Source: Octopus sinensis (lineage: Eukaryota). Taken from it: a stretch of 64,000 nucleotides of DNA. Position 1 is the stretch's first letter; every line of letters starts with the position of its first letter. Made by a program: the position numbers and the translations under genes. The stretch is from assembly GCF_006345805.1 (NCBI RefSeq), contig NC_043012.1, forward strand, positions 62,001 to 126,000. Direction: 5' to 3'. Below, piece after piece: positions 25,228 to 39,310 of this stretch. The notes under the pieces are model-generated. The model did not search any database. It saw only the letters and a list, made by a program, of their open reading frames with translations, and was not told the DNA's origin.

Positions 25228-25985
25228 TCACAGTTTCTACCTGTTTGAATATTAGTTTCAAATTTTGGCACAAGACCAGCAATTTTGAGGGAATGTTAAG
25301 TCGATTAAATCGAACCCAGTACTCAACTGGTAGTGAGAACCTAGTGGTTAGAGCAGTGGATTCGAGGTCGAGGGATCGCGGGTTCGAATCTCAGACCGGG
25401 CGATGTGTGTGTTTATGAGCGAAACATCCACGCTCCACGCGACTCCGGCAGAAGGTAATGGCGAACTTCTGCTGACATTTTCGTCATAACTTTCTCTCAC
25501 TCTTTCCTCCTGCATCTTGGAGCTCACCTGCGACGGACCGGCGTCCCGTCCAGGTGAGGAACCTATACTCCAATAAAACTGGGAAACCGGCCCTTATGTG
25601 CCAGGCATGGCTCGAGAAGGAACAAACAATAAATAAACTGGTACTTATTTTATGGATCCTGAGAGGTTGAGAGCATAGATAGCCTAGGCAGAAGTTGAAC
25701 TCAGAACGTAAAGGAAAGCGAAATGACTCTAAGCATTTTGTCCGGTGTGCTATGCGTTTCTGACAACTTGTTTATATATTACTTCACTAAAGATACTGAT
25801 TTCAAATTTCGGCTCGAGGCCAGCATGTTCGGGGGTGGGGATAAGTCGATTACATCGACCCCAGTGTTCAACAGGTAATCATTTTATCGACCACGGAAGG
25901 ATGAAAGATAAAGTCAATCTCGGTGTAATTTCAACTCAGAACGTAAAGACAGACGAAACCCCGCCAAACATTTTTGCCTTGCATT
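25228..25985 (-). mobile_element. Two SINE family B copies (minus), the first interrupted by a plus-strand SINE C-related element (about 25335-25635)
   Basis: Minus-strand family B blocks at 25228-25330, 25636-25745 and 25790-25985; insert has gtggttagagc..gggttcgaatctc A/B boxes. Confidence 0.7.
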
Positions 25986-27130
25986 CACTAAATACTAGCG
26001 GTCATTTTCTGTCAGTTCATGGGCAATGATTTTTCCTTAGCTTCAGCATCAGAATACGTCTTTTGATGCTTAAACTTCGCTCAGACCAAGTAGAAGAGAT
26101 ATATTATATAAGAATTCCAGCTTTTAAGACCATGTGTTTGTACATCAAGAGCTACATTGCCCGATGTGTCTTTTACATTTCAATACAGTTGAGTATTTTT
26201 GGAGGAAATTTATCACCTGTCACAAACAGATCTGGAGATCTGGCGATTACATAGTGTCTCCAGTTTTTCATGTTGCAGTAAGTAGCCGCTGCACTTTGAA
26301 CGTGACGACAGGTTCTTCAGATCTACGTATATTATTGTTTACCCAGTTTTGTCGACGGCAGATGAAAATCAAAAGCATCATATGTAAACAAGCAAGTAAA
26401 CGTTGTTTGCAATTGTTACTATAGTGATCGTTGCCATAGAAACACAATGAGAATTTTGTAGTCGCTGTTGCACTACACCTTCCTCCTCCCCCCTCCCTTC
26501 CTCCTCCTCCATTTACTGCACAAATTCCACTGGGTCGATGTAATTGACTTAAGCTTTTTCCCGAACTTGCTGGCCTAGTACCAAGATTTGAAATCATCAT
26601 TATTAGTAATAGTAGTAGTGCGCAGGAGTGGCTGTGTGGTAAGTAATTTGCTTACCAACTACATGGTTCCGGGTTCATTCCCACTACGTGGCATCTTGGG
26701 CACCTCGGATATGGTGTTTGTAGATAGAATCTATATTACCACGCAGGTGGTCGTGGTGTTATGCTGTAGCAACGTAAGATCGTTCCAGGAACCATGCTGT
26801 TGTGAGTGAACGTTTTAACCGCACATTCATGCGTCCGTGCGTATGTATGTATGTATGTATGTATGTATGTATGTATGTATGTATATATGTATGAATGTAT
26901 ATATATATGTGTGTGTGTGTGTGTTGTGTGTGTGTGTGTGTGTGTGTGAGTATGCGTACTCTTGACTGTGCATTGTTTACACTGAGGCAGGACAAAGATC
27001 ACCACGAAGACGGAAGTCAGGATTGTTATCTAATTTATCTAGAAATCTTTTATCTTGGACATTTTTCTCTCACACCGATGTTAGTCATTGCTCCACACGA
27101 CTCTCTCTTTCTCACCCAAAGAAGAAGACA

Positions 27131-27227
<97 letters not shown>

Positions 27228-27257
27228 TTATATATGTATATACATATGTGTGTATAC

Positions 27258-27308
<51 letters not shown>

Positions 27309-28569
27309 TATATATACCTATATATGTGTTTGTGTATTTGTGAGTGTGTGTGTGTGTGAGATTGTGTGTGTGTGTGATTGTGTGTGTGTAATGACTAAAC
27401 TTCACGTGATATTTTTCTAAGTGTATATTTCTACATACGAGCAAATACTTAAAAACGTATGAGTAGGTCGCATATATAGGCGCGCGAACACACACACGCA
27501 CACACGCTCATACACACACATACAAACACACACACACGCACACATATATATATATGTATATTACATAACTTATAACTAGTAACATATTGACAAGGTCAAA
27601 AACTTGTCAACTAAATTTCATAGATCAAATAGCGTATAATTTACTGTTACTTTGTTTCAACGACTTGCGAAATTGCAAAAGGAAGAGTTAACTGATTTCG
27701 GATTTGAACTCGAAACGTGAAAAGCAATAACCGTAAGAAAGCAACAAATACCGTTGAGAATACTAACCCGTAGTGGATCTTGCATGCATGAAGTGAATCG
27801 ATCCAACATAGCCAAATTTAAATTAACTCTAAAACAGAACTTTTCCCACGGTGGAAAAATGGTTTTTCTCTGACAGCAGTTTTATATTTTCCAGATGCCT
27901 TTAGCTAGGCCGAAATAATGTCTTCACCACTTGACACTTTCTGTCCTCTTCTACTTCACCAAAAGCTAGAATAGACCACCAACTAAACCTATTGTTCTCA
28001 ATGACATATCTATCCTTCTGGATAGCTATAAAAGCAAGAACCCCCAAGCAAAAACCAAGTAGTCACTTGGCGACAACTAAACGAGGCTGCTCGTGACAAC
28101 TTAATTAATTAGAGAACAGACTGCTAGAATCATGATCACAAGGAATACCTCTACTAAAGATAATGGTCAGCGAGAGAAATGGAATATACTGTCACAACAC
28201 ACTACAACTTTCACTAGTTCTAATTCTGTTCTCTTACAACATCATTCTATCTCTCTCCGCAAATACTACTAAACAATGAAGAGAACCCAAACACAAACTT
28301 TACTTCGCATGCTTTTGGATTTATCATAACGTGCCCGTCCAGGCAAGGTATTGTAACGTAACGCCAAATAAATACTTTCTTAAAACTTCATGCATTGTCC
28401 ATCTCTCACATCTTACAACAGGCAATTATAACAATATTCTGCTTCTGAACGTTGATATGTTCGCGTATTTTTCTTGGAATGTCTATTATATCAGGACTTT
28501 AACCCACATGGATATACGCAGGATCTCACCTAAGGACTCATGCTTTTGGTTTCTATAACTTTGGAAATT

Positions 28570-31500
28570 TGAACTATGAACTGTTATGCATCTATTTTCT
28601 TTTCTCTTCCCATCTCCTTATTCTTTTACTACCTTCCTCTATGCTGTCATCTTATTGATATAAACCCAAGTGCAAGTGCTCCTACCAGCAACAAAAGCCA
28701 AAACCATGGAGATGAAAGAGCCAAAAAAGAAATAAAAGGAGGAAAAACTAAAAGAAAAACAAAAGATGAAAAAGCCAAAGAAGGAAAAACTAAAACTCAA
28801 ACAAAACCAAAAGATGAAACAGCCAAGGATAGAAGCAAACCTGACTATCCATGTACCAAAAAGGATAGAAACAGACAGCGCACACGAATGTGTAAATTCT
28901 ACCTGAAAGGTGTCTGCTGGCATGGAGACGAAGGTGCAGGCTGCCGTTTTGCACATCAACGACCCTGCCACATAAACATGAAACAGGTCAGAAACCAACT
29001 ACCAAAAGGAAAAGGAATGGACCACGCCCCACCTGCCCCAAAACGGAGGTACGCAGATGTGGTGCGTGCTACAAACCGCCAACATGTTATTGAAAGGGCA
29101 GCTGCTGAACAAGAATCTTTTTTGTGCATGGCACAAACTCGCAGATGGGACTATCCACAATACACAAGACCGCCACAGCAAATAGACCCAAGGTGGACAC
29201 CGCCAGCAACAGCATACACATCACCTCGATGCTCCTACTGAACATCAGAGGACTGCTAACACTCAGTAACAGGACAAAAATCCCGTTCTTGACAGACTTT
29301 GTTGCATGCAATCAAACCTTATGCATAGCACTTACGGAAACACACCTGAAACCGGACATAGCAGATGCGGAAATACACATACCACAGTATGTTGTACTAC
29401 GGACCGACAGAAAAGAAAGGAGTCATGGAGGAGTTGCAATGTACATCCGTGAAGACCTCACACCCCAGGTCCTTTTGTCATACTCAAATTCGGTGTGTGA
29501 CACACTAATTGTACATATAAGGCAACTTGGTGTAGTTATATGTGCTACATATCGCCCTCCAGATGCCCCAAGCCATGTAGGCAAGTTTGAAGACTGCCTT
29601 ATCAAAATAGAAGTTGTTCTAGTCACGTTAGAACAACACATAAGTGTACTTCTTATGGGTGACTTCAATCTACCCAATGTCAGAGGGCCTTTCACTCCCA
29701 GGAATGACACGATGCGAACGAGGAAAGGCGAGGTCCCTCCTGAACCTTATCAACACTCTGTACATGGAGCAAGTAATACTCCAACCAACCAGGGCAGGTA
29801 ACATACTGGATCTCTGCTTCACAAATAATATGGATCTCATCCATAATGTGAAAGTGACACCGACACTACTCACGGATCAAAACATGGTAGAGCTGACCAT
29901 GTACGGGCCAAAGGAAAGTATGGACATGCAGCCTACAAGAAACTCTCAGAATCTTTCCAGCTTGAACTCCATAAGGCAAACTGGAAACAAATTGAGAAAA
30001 AGATCCTCAAACAAAACTGGCCTGAATGTCTCTCCTCGCCAGACATCGTCATGAAACTTCAGCAATTCATATCTGTAATGCAAGCCATATGTTACAAATG
30101 TGTCCCAGAGAGAAAGGCCACTGTACACAAGAGCAACATCCCCAGAGATAGGAAAATTCTAATGAGACGGCGTACAAAAGTTTCAATCGCCTAAACAAAC
30201 AAATTGAAAGCAGTGAAAAGTCCCGCCTGAAAATAAAACTGTTGGAAATTGAAAAATAACTGCAACTCTCCCATGAAAAAGAAAGAGCAGACAAAGAAGC
30301 CTGGGCTATTGACAACATAAAATCTAACCCCAGAGCTTTCTACAGGTATGCCAAAGAAACAGCTACGGTGCACTGTAGGATAGGGCCACTCCTTGAAAAG
30401 GATGGCACACTCACAGGAAATCCAATGAGGGTAAGTGAAATACTAAATGAGCAATTCAAGAGTATTTTCACTCCACCCCTAGGGCATTTTCAAGTCAGCA
30501 GTCCAACTGACTTCTTTACCACTGCAGGTATAAAATCAGAGGCAGCGATGATTGATTACATTAATATAAAGAAAGACGATGTAATAAAAGCTATTGATGA
30601 AATGAAAACAACCTCAGCTACTGGACCCGATGGATTCCCAGCAATCCTTCTAAAAGTATGTAAGAGAGTTCTAGCAAGACCACTGCAGTTCCTCTTTCAG
30701 AGCTTCCTTGCAACTGGCAAACTTCCAAGAAAACTGAACGAAGGTAAAATATGCCCTATTCATAAAGGAGGTAGCAGAGCGGAGGCCAAGAACTACAGAC
30801 CTATCTCTCTGACCTCTCACATCAGCAAGGTCATGGAACGAATAGTCAGAAGGAAACTAATCACCTTCCTTGAAGAAAATGACTTGCTGCCTGACACCCA
30901 ACATGGTTTCCGACCAGGAAGAAGCTGCTTAACTCAGCTCCTACAACACTATGACTGGGTGCTGAAACGACTGCTCAACCACTCAAATGTGGAAGTCATA
31001 TATCTCGACTTTGCAAAGGCCTTTGATAAAGTCGATCATGGAATGATATGTCACAAACTGCGTGATCTTGGCATAGTTGGAAAATTGGGAGAATGACTTC
31101 ATGACTTTCTGAAGGATAAAAGTCAGGTGGTAGTAGCCAATAGGGCCACTTCCATTAACACGCAAATAGTGAGTGGTGTTCCGCAAGGCACTGTTCTGGG
31201 ACCACTACTGTTCATAATGGCCCTCTCAGACATGCCCTCAGTCACGCAGAGAGCCACGATCACAAATTATGCAGATGATACAAATGTTTCACAGGCAATA
31301 CAGAACCCTGAAGACACTATGCATCTGCAATGTGAGCTGGACAAAATATACAAGTGGGCTGAAAAGAATAGCATGCAGTTCAATGCTGAAAAGTTTCAAG
31401 CTTTATGCTATCAGCATGCAAAACTAAATGCAATACCCAATAAATACACTGGACCTGGAGGGAGACCTGGGTATTTACATGAGTGATGATGCAACCCTTC

Positions 31501-32225
31501 ATGTGCATGTTGCTAAATTGGCAATGAAATGTAGGCGGCTGACTGGATGGATTCTTAGAACCTTTAGAACAAGAGACCAGGAAACCACGATAGTCTTCTG
31601 GAGGACACTTCTCCTTTGACTATTGCGCTCAGCTATGGTCACCATCCAGTGTCAAGTTAATCTCAGAACTTGAGGCGATCCAACGAAGCTACACGAAGAA
31701 GATAGCCTCTGTGCAGCATATAAGCTATTGGGAAAGACTCAAGAGATTGAGACTCTATTCCTTAGAGCGTAGGCGAGAAAGATATGCCATAATATACATC
31801 TGGAAGATCCTAGAAGGACTTGTCCCAAACTTTGGCATCGAGAGTTACACAAATGCCAGAACTGGGTGCCACTGCATAGTGCCAAGGACTCCAAGTTTGC
31901 CATCAAGATGTAGGACAAGATACTGTGATAGCCTGGGCTTCCGAGGCCCATAGCTCTTCAATATCCTCCCGAAGAACCTTAGAGACCTGCATGGGGTGGA
32001 TGTAGATGTCTTTAAAATAAAACTGGATCTCTTCTTGTCAGGTGTCCCAAATGAACCAACTTCACAGCAGGAGGTGCAGATGAGGGCAGCTGCATCGAAC
32101 TCTCTCATGCACCAAATGGCAATTGCTAAAAAGAATTCGTGAAGTAAAATCATGTAGCAACACCAAATGGCGGTGCCCCAGCATGGCCACAGCTTGTGAG
32201 CTGAAACTAGATAAAGAAAAAAGAG
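28570..32225 (+). pseudogene. Near full-length CR1-clade LINE (ORF1 with CCCH finger; ORF2 APE + RT), inactivated
   Basis: APE motifs LLLNIRGL, ALTETHL, HGGVAMYI, YRPP and LMGDFNLP; RT motifs GPDG, NYRPISLTS, QHGFRPGRSC, YLDFAKAFDKVDH, SGVPQGTVLGPLLF and YADDT. W-to-TGA at 31094, several frameshifts and small deletions; 3' tail at 32169-32215. Confidence 0.93.
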
Positions 32226-32350
32226 AAAGAAGATACCATTCTCATTTACCATATTTTACCTGCAATTTCTCTCTGATGACGGAATATCCCATACTCAAAT
32301 ATATCCCCAAAAGAGCTGTAATATTTTGAATTTCTTCAGTTAATAATATT

Positions 32351-32569
32351 ACTCTTTTACTCTTTTACTTGTTTCAGTCATTTGACTGCGGCCATGCTGG
32401 AGCACCACCTTTAGTCGAGCAAATCGACCCCGGGACTTATTCTTTGTAAGCCTAGTACTTATTCTATCGGTCTCTTTTTGCCGAACCGCTAAGTTACGGG
32501 GACGTAAACGCACCAGCATCGGTTGTCAAGAGATGGTGGGGGAACAAACACAGACACACAAACATATAT

Positions 32570-32610
<41 letters not shown>

Positions 32611-32782
32611 CATATATACGACAGGCTTCTGTCAGTTTCTGTCTACCAAATCCACTCACAAGGCATTGGTCGGCCTGAGGCTATAGCAGAAGACACTTGC
32701 CCAAGTTGCCACGCAGTGGGACTGAACCCGGAACCATGTGGTTGGTAAGCAAGCTACTTACCACACAGCCACTCCGGCGCCT
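32351..32782 (-). mobile_element. SINE family A, full length
   Basis: Head and tail both present on the minus strand. Confidence 0.9.
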
Positions 32783-32969
32783 ATATTGTATATGACTTGA
32801 GATGTTTTTCTTGCCTTAATGTTTGGCGTCCTGTTTAACTATTATATATCCGCTGCATCGGAAATGGCTCCGTAACTACCGTCTCGGTTATGACCTTGGA
32901 GCCTCAGTAATCCGTTGCAGCACTTACTTAGCATACCTAATTATTTAAATCACATGTGAACTGAACCCC

Positions 32970-33122
32970 GTGGCTATGTGTTAAGTAGCTTGCTTGCCAA
33001 CCACATGGTTCCGGGTTCAGTCCCGTTGCGTGGCACCTTGGGCAAGTGTCATATATTATAGCCTCGGGCCGAACAAAGCCTTGTGAGTGGATTTGGTAGA
33101 CGGAAACTGAAAGAAACCAGTC

Positions 33123-33180
<58 letters not shown>

Positions 33181-33392
33181 ATACATATATATATATGCGT
33201 GTGTGTTTGTGTTTGTTCCCCCCCAACATCACTTGACAACCGATGTTGGTCTGTTTACGTCCCCGTACGGCAAAAGAGACCGATTGAATAAATACTAGAC
33301 TTACAAAGAATAAGTTCTGGGGTCGATTTGCTCGACTAAAAGGCGGTCCTCCAGCATGGCCACAATCAAATGAATGAAACAAGTAAAAGAGC
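32970..33392 (+). mobile_element. SINE family A, full length (head-to-head with the previous copy)
   Basis: Head and tail both present. Confidence 0.9.
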
Positions 33393-33419
33393 ATACATAT
33401 ACACACACACACACACACG

Positions 33420-33450
<31 letters not shown>

Positions 33451-33509
33451 ATTATATGTTTACATATATGTATGTGTGGGCATGTGTGACTTTGTGTGTG
33501 TATGTGCGG

Positions 33510-33541
<32 letters not shown>

Positions 33542-34149
33542 CCTGCTCTGCTTCAAGCTATTTGAATTTACCAGAATCTCTAAGTCATCGGTACACCCAA
33601 TACCAATCTATAGCAGAAGGCACTCGTGCATGCTCCGCGCACCGGGAATGAACTCAAAACCACGTGGTTGCAAAAAAAATAATGCTTACAATATTAGTTC
33701 TACTTAATCACTTCCGAAATCTTGCACTGTGTTGCTTCCGTACCACAGACTCCGTGTGCCGTCTCTTCCATGCACATCCCTCTATCCTCTCTATCTTTCT
33801 CTTAGTATCTCAGTCTATCACTGTCTGTTTGCCTGTACACCTATGTATTAGTCTTGATCTATTTTATTATCTTCCTGCTACGCGAAAAACGCTGAATTCC
33901 CACGCAGATTTAGCAAATACATATAGAGATATATATGCGCACAGTCGCATGTGCACAAGTGCATCGGAATAAATTGGCAGACGGGTAGACGGTCAGACAA
34001 GTGGGTAGATACATAAATAGATGAAACATAGACCTAGGTGTACATAAAAGTAAATCTACCTTGCAGACACACGAATAATAAGACAGACAGCTAGAAAGAC
34101 AGATATATATAGACAGATGCACTGATTGATAGAAACGCAGATAGGCAGA

Positions 34150-34186
34150 GACACAAACAGATCTACAGACAGATAGATAAATAGAC

Positions 34187-34285
<99 letters not shown>

Positions 34286-34294
34286 AGATATATA

Positions 34295-34367
<73 letters not shown>

Positions 34368-34558
34368 AAATAGATAGATAGATAAATAGATAGATAGATA
34401 GATAGATAGATAGTAGATAGTAATAGAGAAGATAGATAGATATAGATAGATTAGATATATAGATAGATAGACAGACAGGACAGACAGGACAGACAGACAG
34501 TAGACAGATAGATAGATAGATAGGATAGATAGATAGATAGATAGATAGATAGAAATAA

Positions 34559-34589
<31 letters not shown>

Positions 34590-34648
34590 GATAGAAGATA
34601 GATAGATAGACAGACAGACAGATAGAGATAGATAGATAGTAGATAGAT

Positions 34649-34681
<33 letters not shown>

Positions 34682-34754
34682 AGACAGACAGGACAGGACA
34701 GGACAGACAGACAGATAGATAGATAGATAGCTGAAGATAGATAGATAGATAGAT

Positions 34755-34801
<47 letters not shown>

Positions 34802-34805
34802 GTTA
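34150..34805. repeat. (GATA)n/(GACA)n array, about 650 bp
   Basis: Direct reading; explains ORF 33910-34878. Confidence 0.95.
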
Positions 34806-34969
34806 AGTACATAATTAGAAAAACAGATAAATGCACATAAACATAAGCAGATAGTACAATTAAAATTAATTTAAACAAGATATTTAATCATTGAAAATGC
34901 ATGAGGAGGAAAGATGTAGTCTCTGATATAGATTTATGAACGTGCTAATGAAACAATTAGAAATAATTA

Positions 34970-35610
34970 ATTGGTGTGGCTGTGTGACAATGGTAAAAAG
35001 TTTGCTTCCCAATCATATGGTTTCGGGTTCAGTCCCACTGCATGACAATTTGGACAAGTGTCCTCTACTATAGCCCTGGATCTATTAAAGGTTTGTGAGT
35101 GGATTTTGTAGACAGAAACTGAACCAAGCCTATCGTATATACATACAAACATACATATATACATACATGCATACATACAAATATATATATATACATATAT
35201 ATAGGCGCAGGAGTGGCTGTGTGGTAAGTAGCTTGTTTACCAACCACATGGTTCCGGGTTCAGTCCCACTGCGTGGCACCTTGGGCAAGTGTCTTCTACT
35301 ATAATCCTCGGGCCGACCAAAGCCTTGAGAGTGGATTTGGTAGACGGAAACTGAAAGAAGCCCGTCGTGTTTATTGTATATATATATATATGCGTGTGTG
35401 TGTTTGTGTGTCTGTGTTTGTCCCCCTAGCATTGCTTGACAACCGATGCTGGTGTGTTTATGTCCCCGTCACTTAGCGTTCGGCAAAAGAGACGATAGAA
35501 TAAGTACTGGGCTTACAAAAGAATAGTCCCGGGGTCGAGTTGCTCGATTAAAGGCGGTGCTCAAGCATGGCCGCAGTCAAATGACTGAAACAAGTAAAAG
35601 AGTAAAAGAG
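34970..35610 (+). mobile_element. SINE family A: 5' half (34970-35135) plus full copy (35204-35610)
   Basis: Homology to the other copies. Confidence 0.88.
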
Positions 35611-35770
35611 TATGTGTGTGTGTGTGTATGTACATATATATATAAATCCTTCTTCCCTTCCTTCCTGAGCGTCCAATAATACTATATTTGTTCCACGTCC
35701 TCGCGTTGTTGTGTTTTCTCTTTGTGTTTTTATGTTTGGGTTAACTTTATATATATATATGTATATATAT

Positions 35771-36082
35771 ATCACTGTGATCACCGTGACCGACCAGGCT
35801 ATCAGATGTTGCTTCACATTGCTGGTCCCAATGCGCTTCGCATTGTTTTAGCCTTCAAATGTCGCCACCCCGCTGAGTAAGCGAGCAGGCCAATAGAAGA
35901 AAGAGTGAGGGAAAGTTGTAGCGAAAGAGTACAGCTGGGACCGCCACCATCCCCTGCCGGAAGTTCGTGGAGCTTTAGGTGTTTTCGCTAAATAAACACT
36001 CATATCGCCCGGTCTGGGAATCGAAACCGCGATCCTGCAATCGCGTGTCCGCTGCCGTTACCAGTGGGCCATTGCGCCTTCA
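35771..36082 (-). mobile_element. SINE family C, full length
   Basis: Collinear with 9835-10137. Confidence 0.88.
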
Positions 36083-37383
36083 TATATATATAATATATAT
36101 ATATATATAAACATACACATGCATACATACATACATGCATACATACATACATACATACATACATACATACATAAATACATACACACATATGTATGTGTGT
36201 GAGTGTATATGCGACTTTATGAATATGTGTGTCTTTGTGTTTCTCCTCCACCAGAGCTTGACAACGGGTATTGTTTTCTTTATGTTCCCGTAAATTATCG
36301 GTTGAGCAAAATAAAGGGACAGTATCAAGTGCCATCCTTTGTAAAAAGTATGTACTGGGATCTATTCGTTTGACGATAAACTTTGAAGGCTGTGCTCCAG
36401 CATTGCCGCTGACAAATGAGTGAGATAAATAAAAGAAAAACGATTAACGAAAGATATCACACAACGAAGATATGGAATAATAAATGAATCTAGATATTAT
36501 GTATGCAATCTGCTGATACGTAACTTTTTCGGAGTTTATTTGTCTCCTCAGACACTGTTGAACTAAGGACAGCTTTTCGTTTAGTCATGTGTTACTCACG
36601 AGACGTTGGAAAAACATTTGTTGGTATATAAAAAGTTCACAGGATTTAATATAACTACGTTTCCCTGGTAGAATTAAAGCTAGAATAGTGATAAGACCAC
36701 CAACTAAATCTATTGTTCTCAATGACATAGCTATCCTTCTGGATAGCTATAAAAGCAAGAGCCCACAAGCAAAAACCAAGTAGTCACTTGGCGACAACTC
36801 TGTGGTGAATAAAATTTATTCTCTTTTCTCTGGCTTTAACGGATGCCCCTTCCAGTTAAACGGCCTCACTATGTCAAAATGAAAAAAAATATATATCAGA
36901 ATATCGGACTCTATAACGTTCCAAATTAGGGGATGGAGTGTATACTAGTGATCTTTTATTTTTGTCAATTCCTTGAATTATACGAAAACCAATGGGAGTT
37001 GAACTGAACCGAGTGCAAGTCGCTAGAAATTGCATCCGAGAGTTGTTCATATTTATATGAAACACCACAAAAAAAAAAAAAATTGATATAAACTGCAGAA
37101 CTACGAATTAGAAAAACATTAAGGTTTTATTGTTTTGTTTGTCATCACAGATAAGATCCCTATAAAATTAGCAATACGTCTTGGATTATAACATATTTGT
37201 TCCTCCGCCGCATTGGATCTCCTTGGTTGGTTAAGTTGATTTCATGTGCAACTCCTGTTTCTCTCTGGTTATCGACATCTGGTACTGTCTGAATTGTCAG
37301 ATAACCGATATGGAACCCGAATCTAATTGATTATATTGACAACCTGGAAACAAAAGTAAAACAACAGTTGTGTGCGTATAAAA

Positions 37384-37426
<43 letters not shown>

Positions 37427-37695
37427 TACATACATATATAAGCATACACATATATATTTATCTATATTAATATATATATATATGCATATATATATATATA
37501 TGCATATAATATATATATATATTATATTATATATATATATACATACATATATATATATATATATACTATACATATTATAATATATATATATATATATACA
37601 TATAAATATAATATACAATATATATATAATATATTATATTATATTACATATATATAATATATTATAATATATAATATATATATGCATATATATAT

Positions 37696-37727
<32 letters not shown>

Positions 37728-38411
37728 AGATATATTTATGTATTATGTAGTATGTAATACATGTATATGTATACATACATACGTATGTTATGTATCAAAA
37801 CAAACGAAAATTCTGATAGGCTTCTGACAGTTTAAGGTCATTGAACCCGACTAAAGTTAACAGGTCAGGGGGATTGCTGAGATTTAAAATAAAATGTACA
37901 AGCAAAACGTAAAGGAAAATACACTGAAATCAAAACAGAAAAGAGGGGAAAGAAAATGAAAAACAATATAAAGTGAAATATATGATGCAGAGCACTGAAT
38001 CGCCTCCAAAGAGAAGCACAAGTTGGAATATTAAGTTGTTAATATGGGCTTCCTGACTTGTTGTATATGCAACAAAATAATTACGTTAGCATATAACACA
38101 TGGATGCACGCACCCACTCACTCGCAAACACATGCACACGCGTCAGTTATCACAGATGTCCTCAAAAACATATACCCCAGACACACAGACACAAATGTAC
38201 ATACACTCATGTGCACATACATATGCATGTGCCTGTGTGTTTGTGTGTGTGTGTGTGCTCGTCTGTGTGTCTGTGTGTTTGTGTGTATGATTGTGCAAAT
38301 AGTAAGTTACATACGAGAGCGTGATTTTACTGAAAGCAATTTAACGCAGTCCTGCAAACCTAATGAACTCTTTAAACCCAGAGTTTTTTCTTCTCTATCC
38401 GTACTCAGACG

Positions 38412-38463
38412 AGATCGATCTAACTTGGTTCATCAATCATTAAAGCCTCATCAGGGATCGATT
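38412..38463 (-). ncRNA. Degenerate hammerhead-like remnant
   Basis: AUCGAUCC CUGAUGA GGC..GAU GAAC C AA GUU A GAUCGAU. Intact CUGAUGA and 7-bp stem I, but stem II is broken and A15.1 is C. Confidence 0.35.
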
Positions 38464-38503
38464 CCCTGTATACTATATATATGTATATATGTATATATAT
38501 ATA

Positions 38504-38551
<48 letters not shown>

Positions 38552-38614
38552 ATATATATAATATATATATATATATATCTATATATATATATATATATAA
38601 TATATATATATAAG

Positions 38615-38905
38615 TGGAGGCGCATTGGCCCAGTGTTAGGGCAGTAGACTCGATGTTTCGATTCCCAGACGGAGCGTTGTGGTAGGCTTATTGAGTGCGA
38701 AAAAAAAATAAAGCTCCATGATAGCCCGGCAAGGACGGGGTGGGGGGAACCCTGCTGTATTCTTTCCCTTTTCACCACAACTTTCTCTCAGTCTTTTTTA
38801 TCCTGTTTCTGTCGTACCTGTATTTCAAAGGGCCAGATTTGTCACACTCTGTGTCACGCTGCATCTCTCCGAGAATTACATTAAGGGTGCACTGCTGTTC
38901 CGTTG
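38615..38905 (+). mobile_element. SINE family C variant
   Basis: tggaggcgcattggcccagtgttagggcag..gtttcgattccc head; body shared with 9835-10137, different tail. Confidence 0.8.
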
Positions 38906-39137
38906 ATTGACATCCAAACACTCTGAAATGTTCGCATTAGAGCTTCTGGTGCGAATGCCAAGCATTACAGTATGCTGTCTTCAAAATTTTGGCAGAGTGA
39001 GTTGTGCCATGGTGCTGTTTTTCTCATAGATGGTACACAATTATCCCTACCATATTGTGTAATCGACAAAATGAAATGCAATAATGCACATGCGCGAAGT
39101 TCAATTATAAAATGACGACAATATACTCATTGCAGCC

Positions 39138-39184
<47 letters not shown>

Positions 39185-39310
39185 CAACATACATACATAC
39201 ATACATACATACATAATCATACATACATACAATACATACATATACATACATACATACCTACATACATACATACATATTGTATACACTTATATTGTATATA
39301 TATATATGAA

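Noticed and set aside
24780-26340. Possible transposase or exon remnants (KYGFDG; HCPMC..)
   Set aside because: Motifs are too short and interrupted by stops; no family can be assigned
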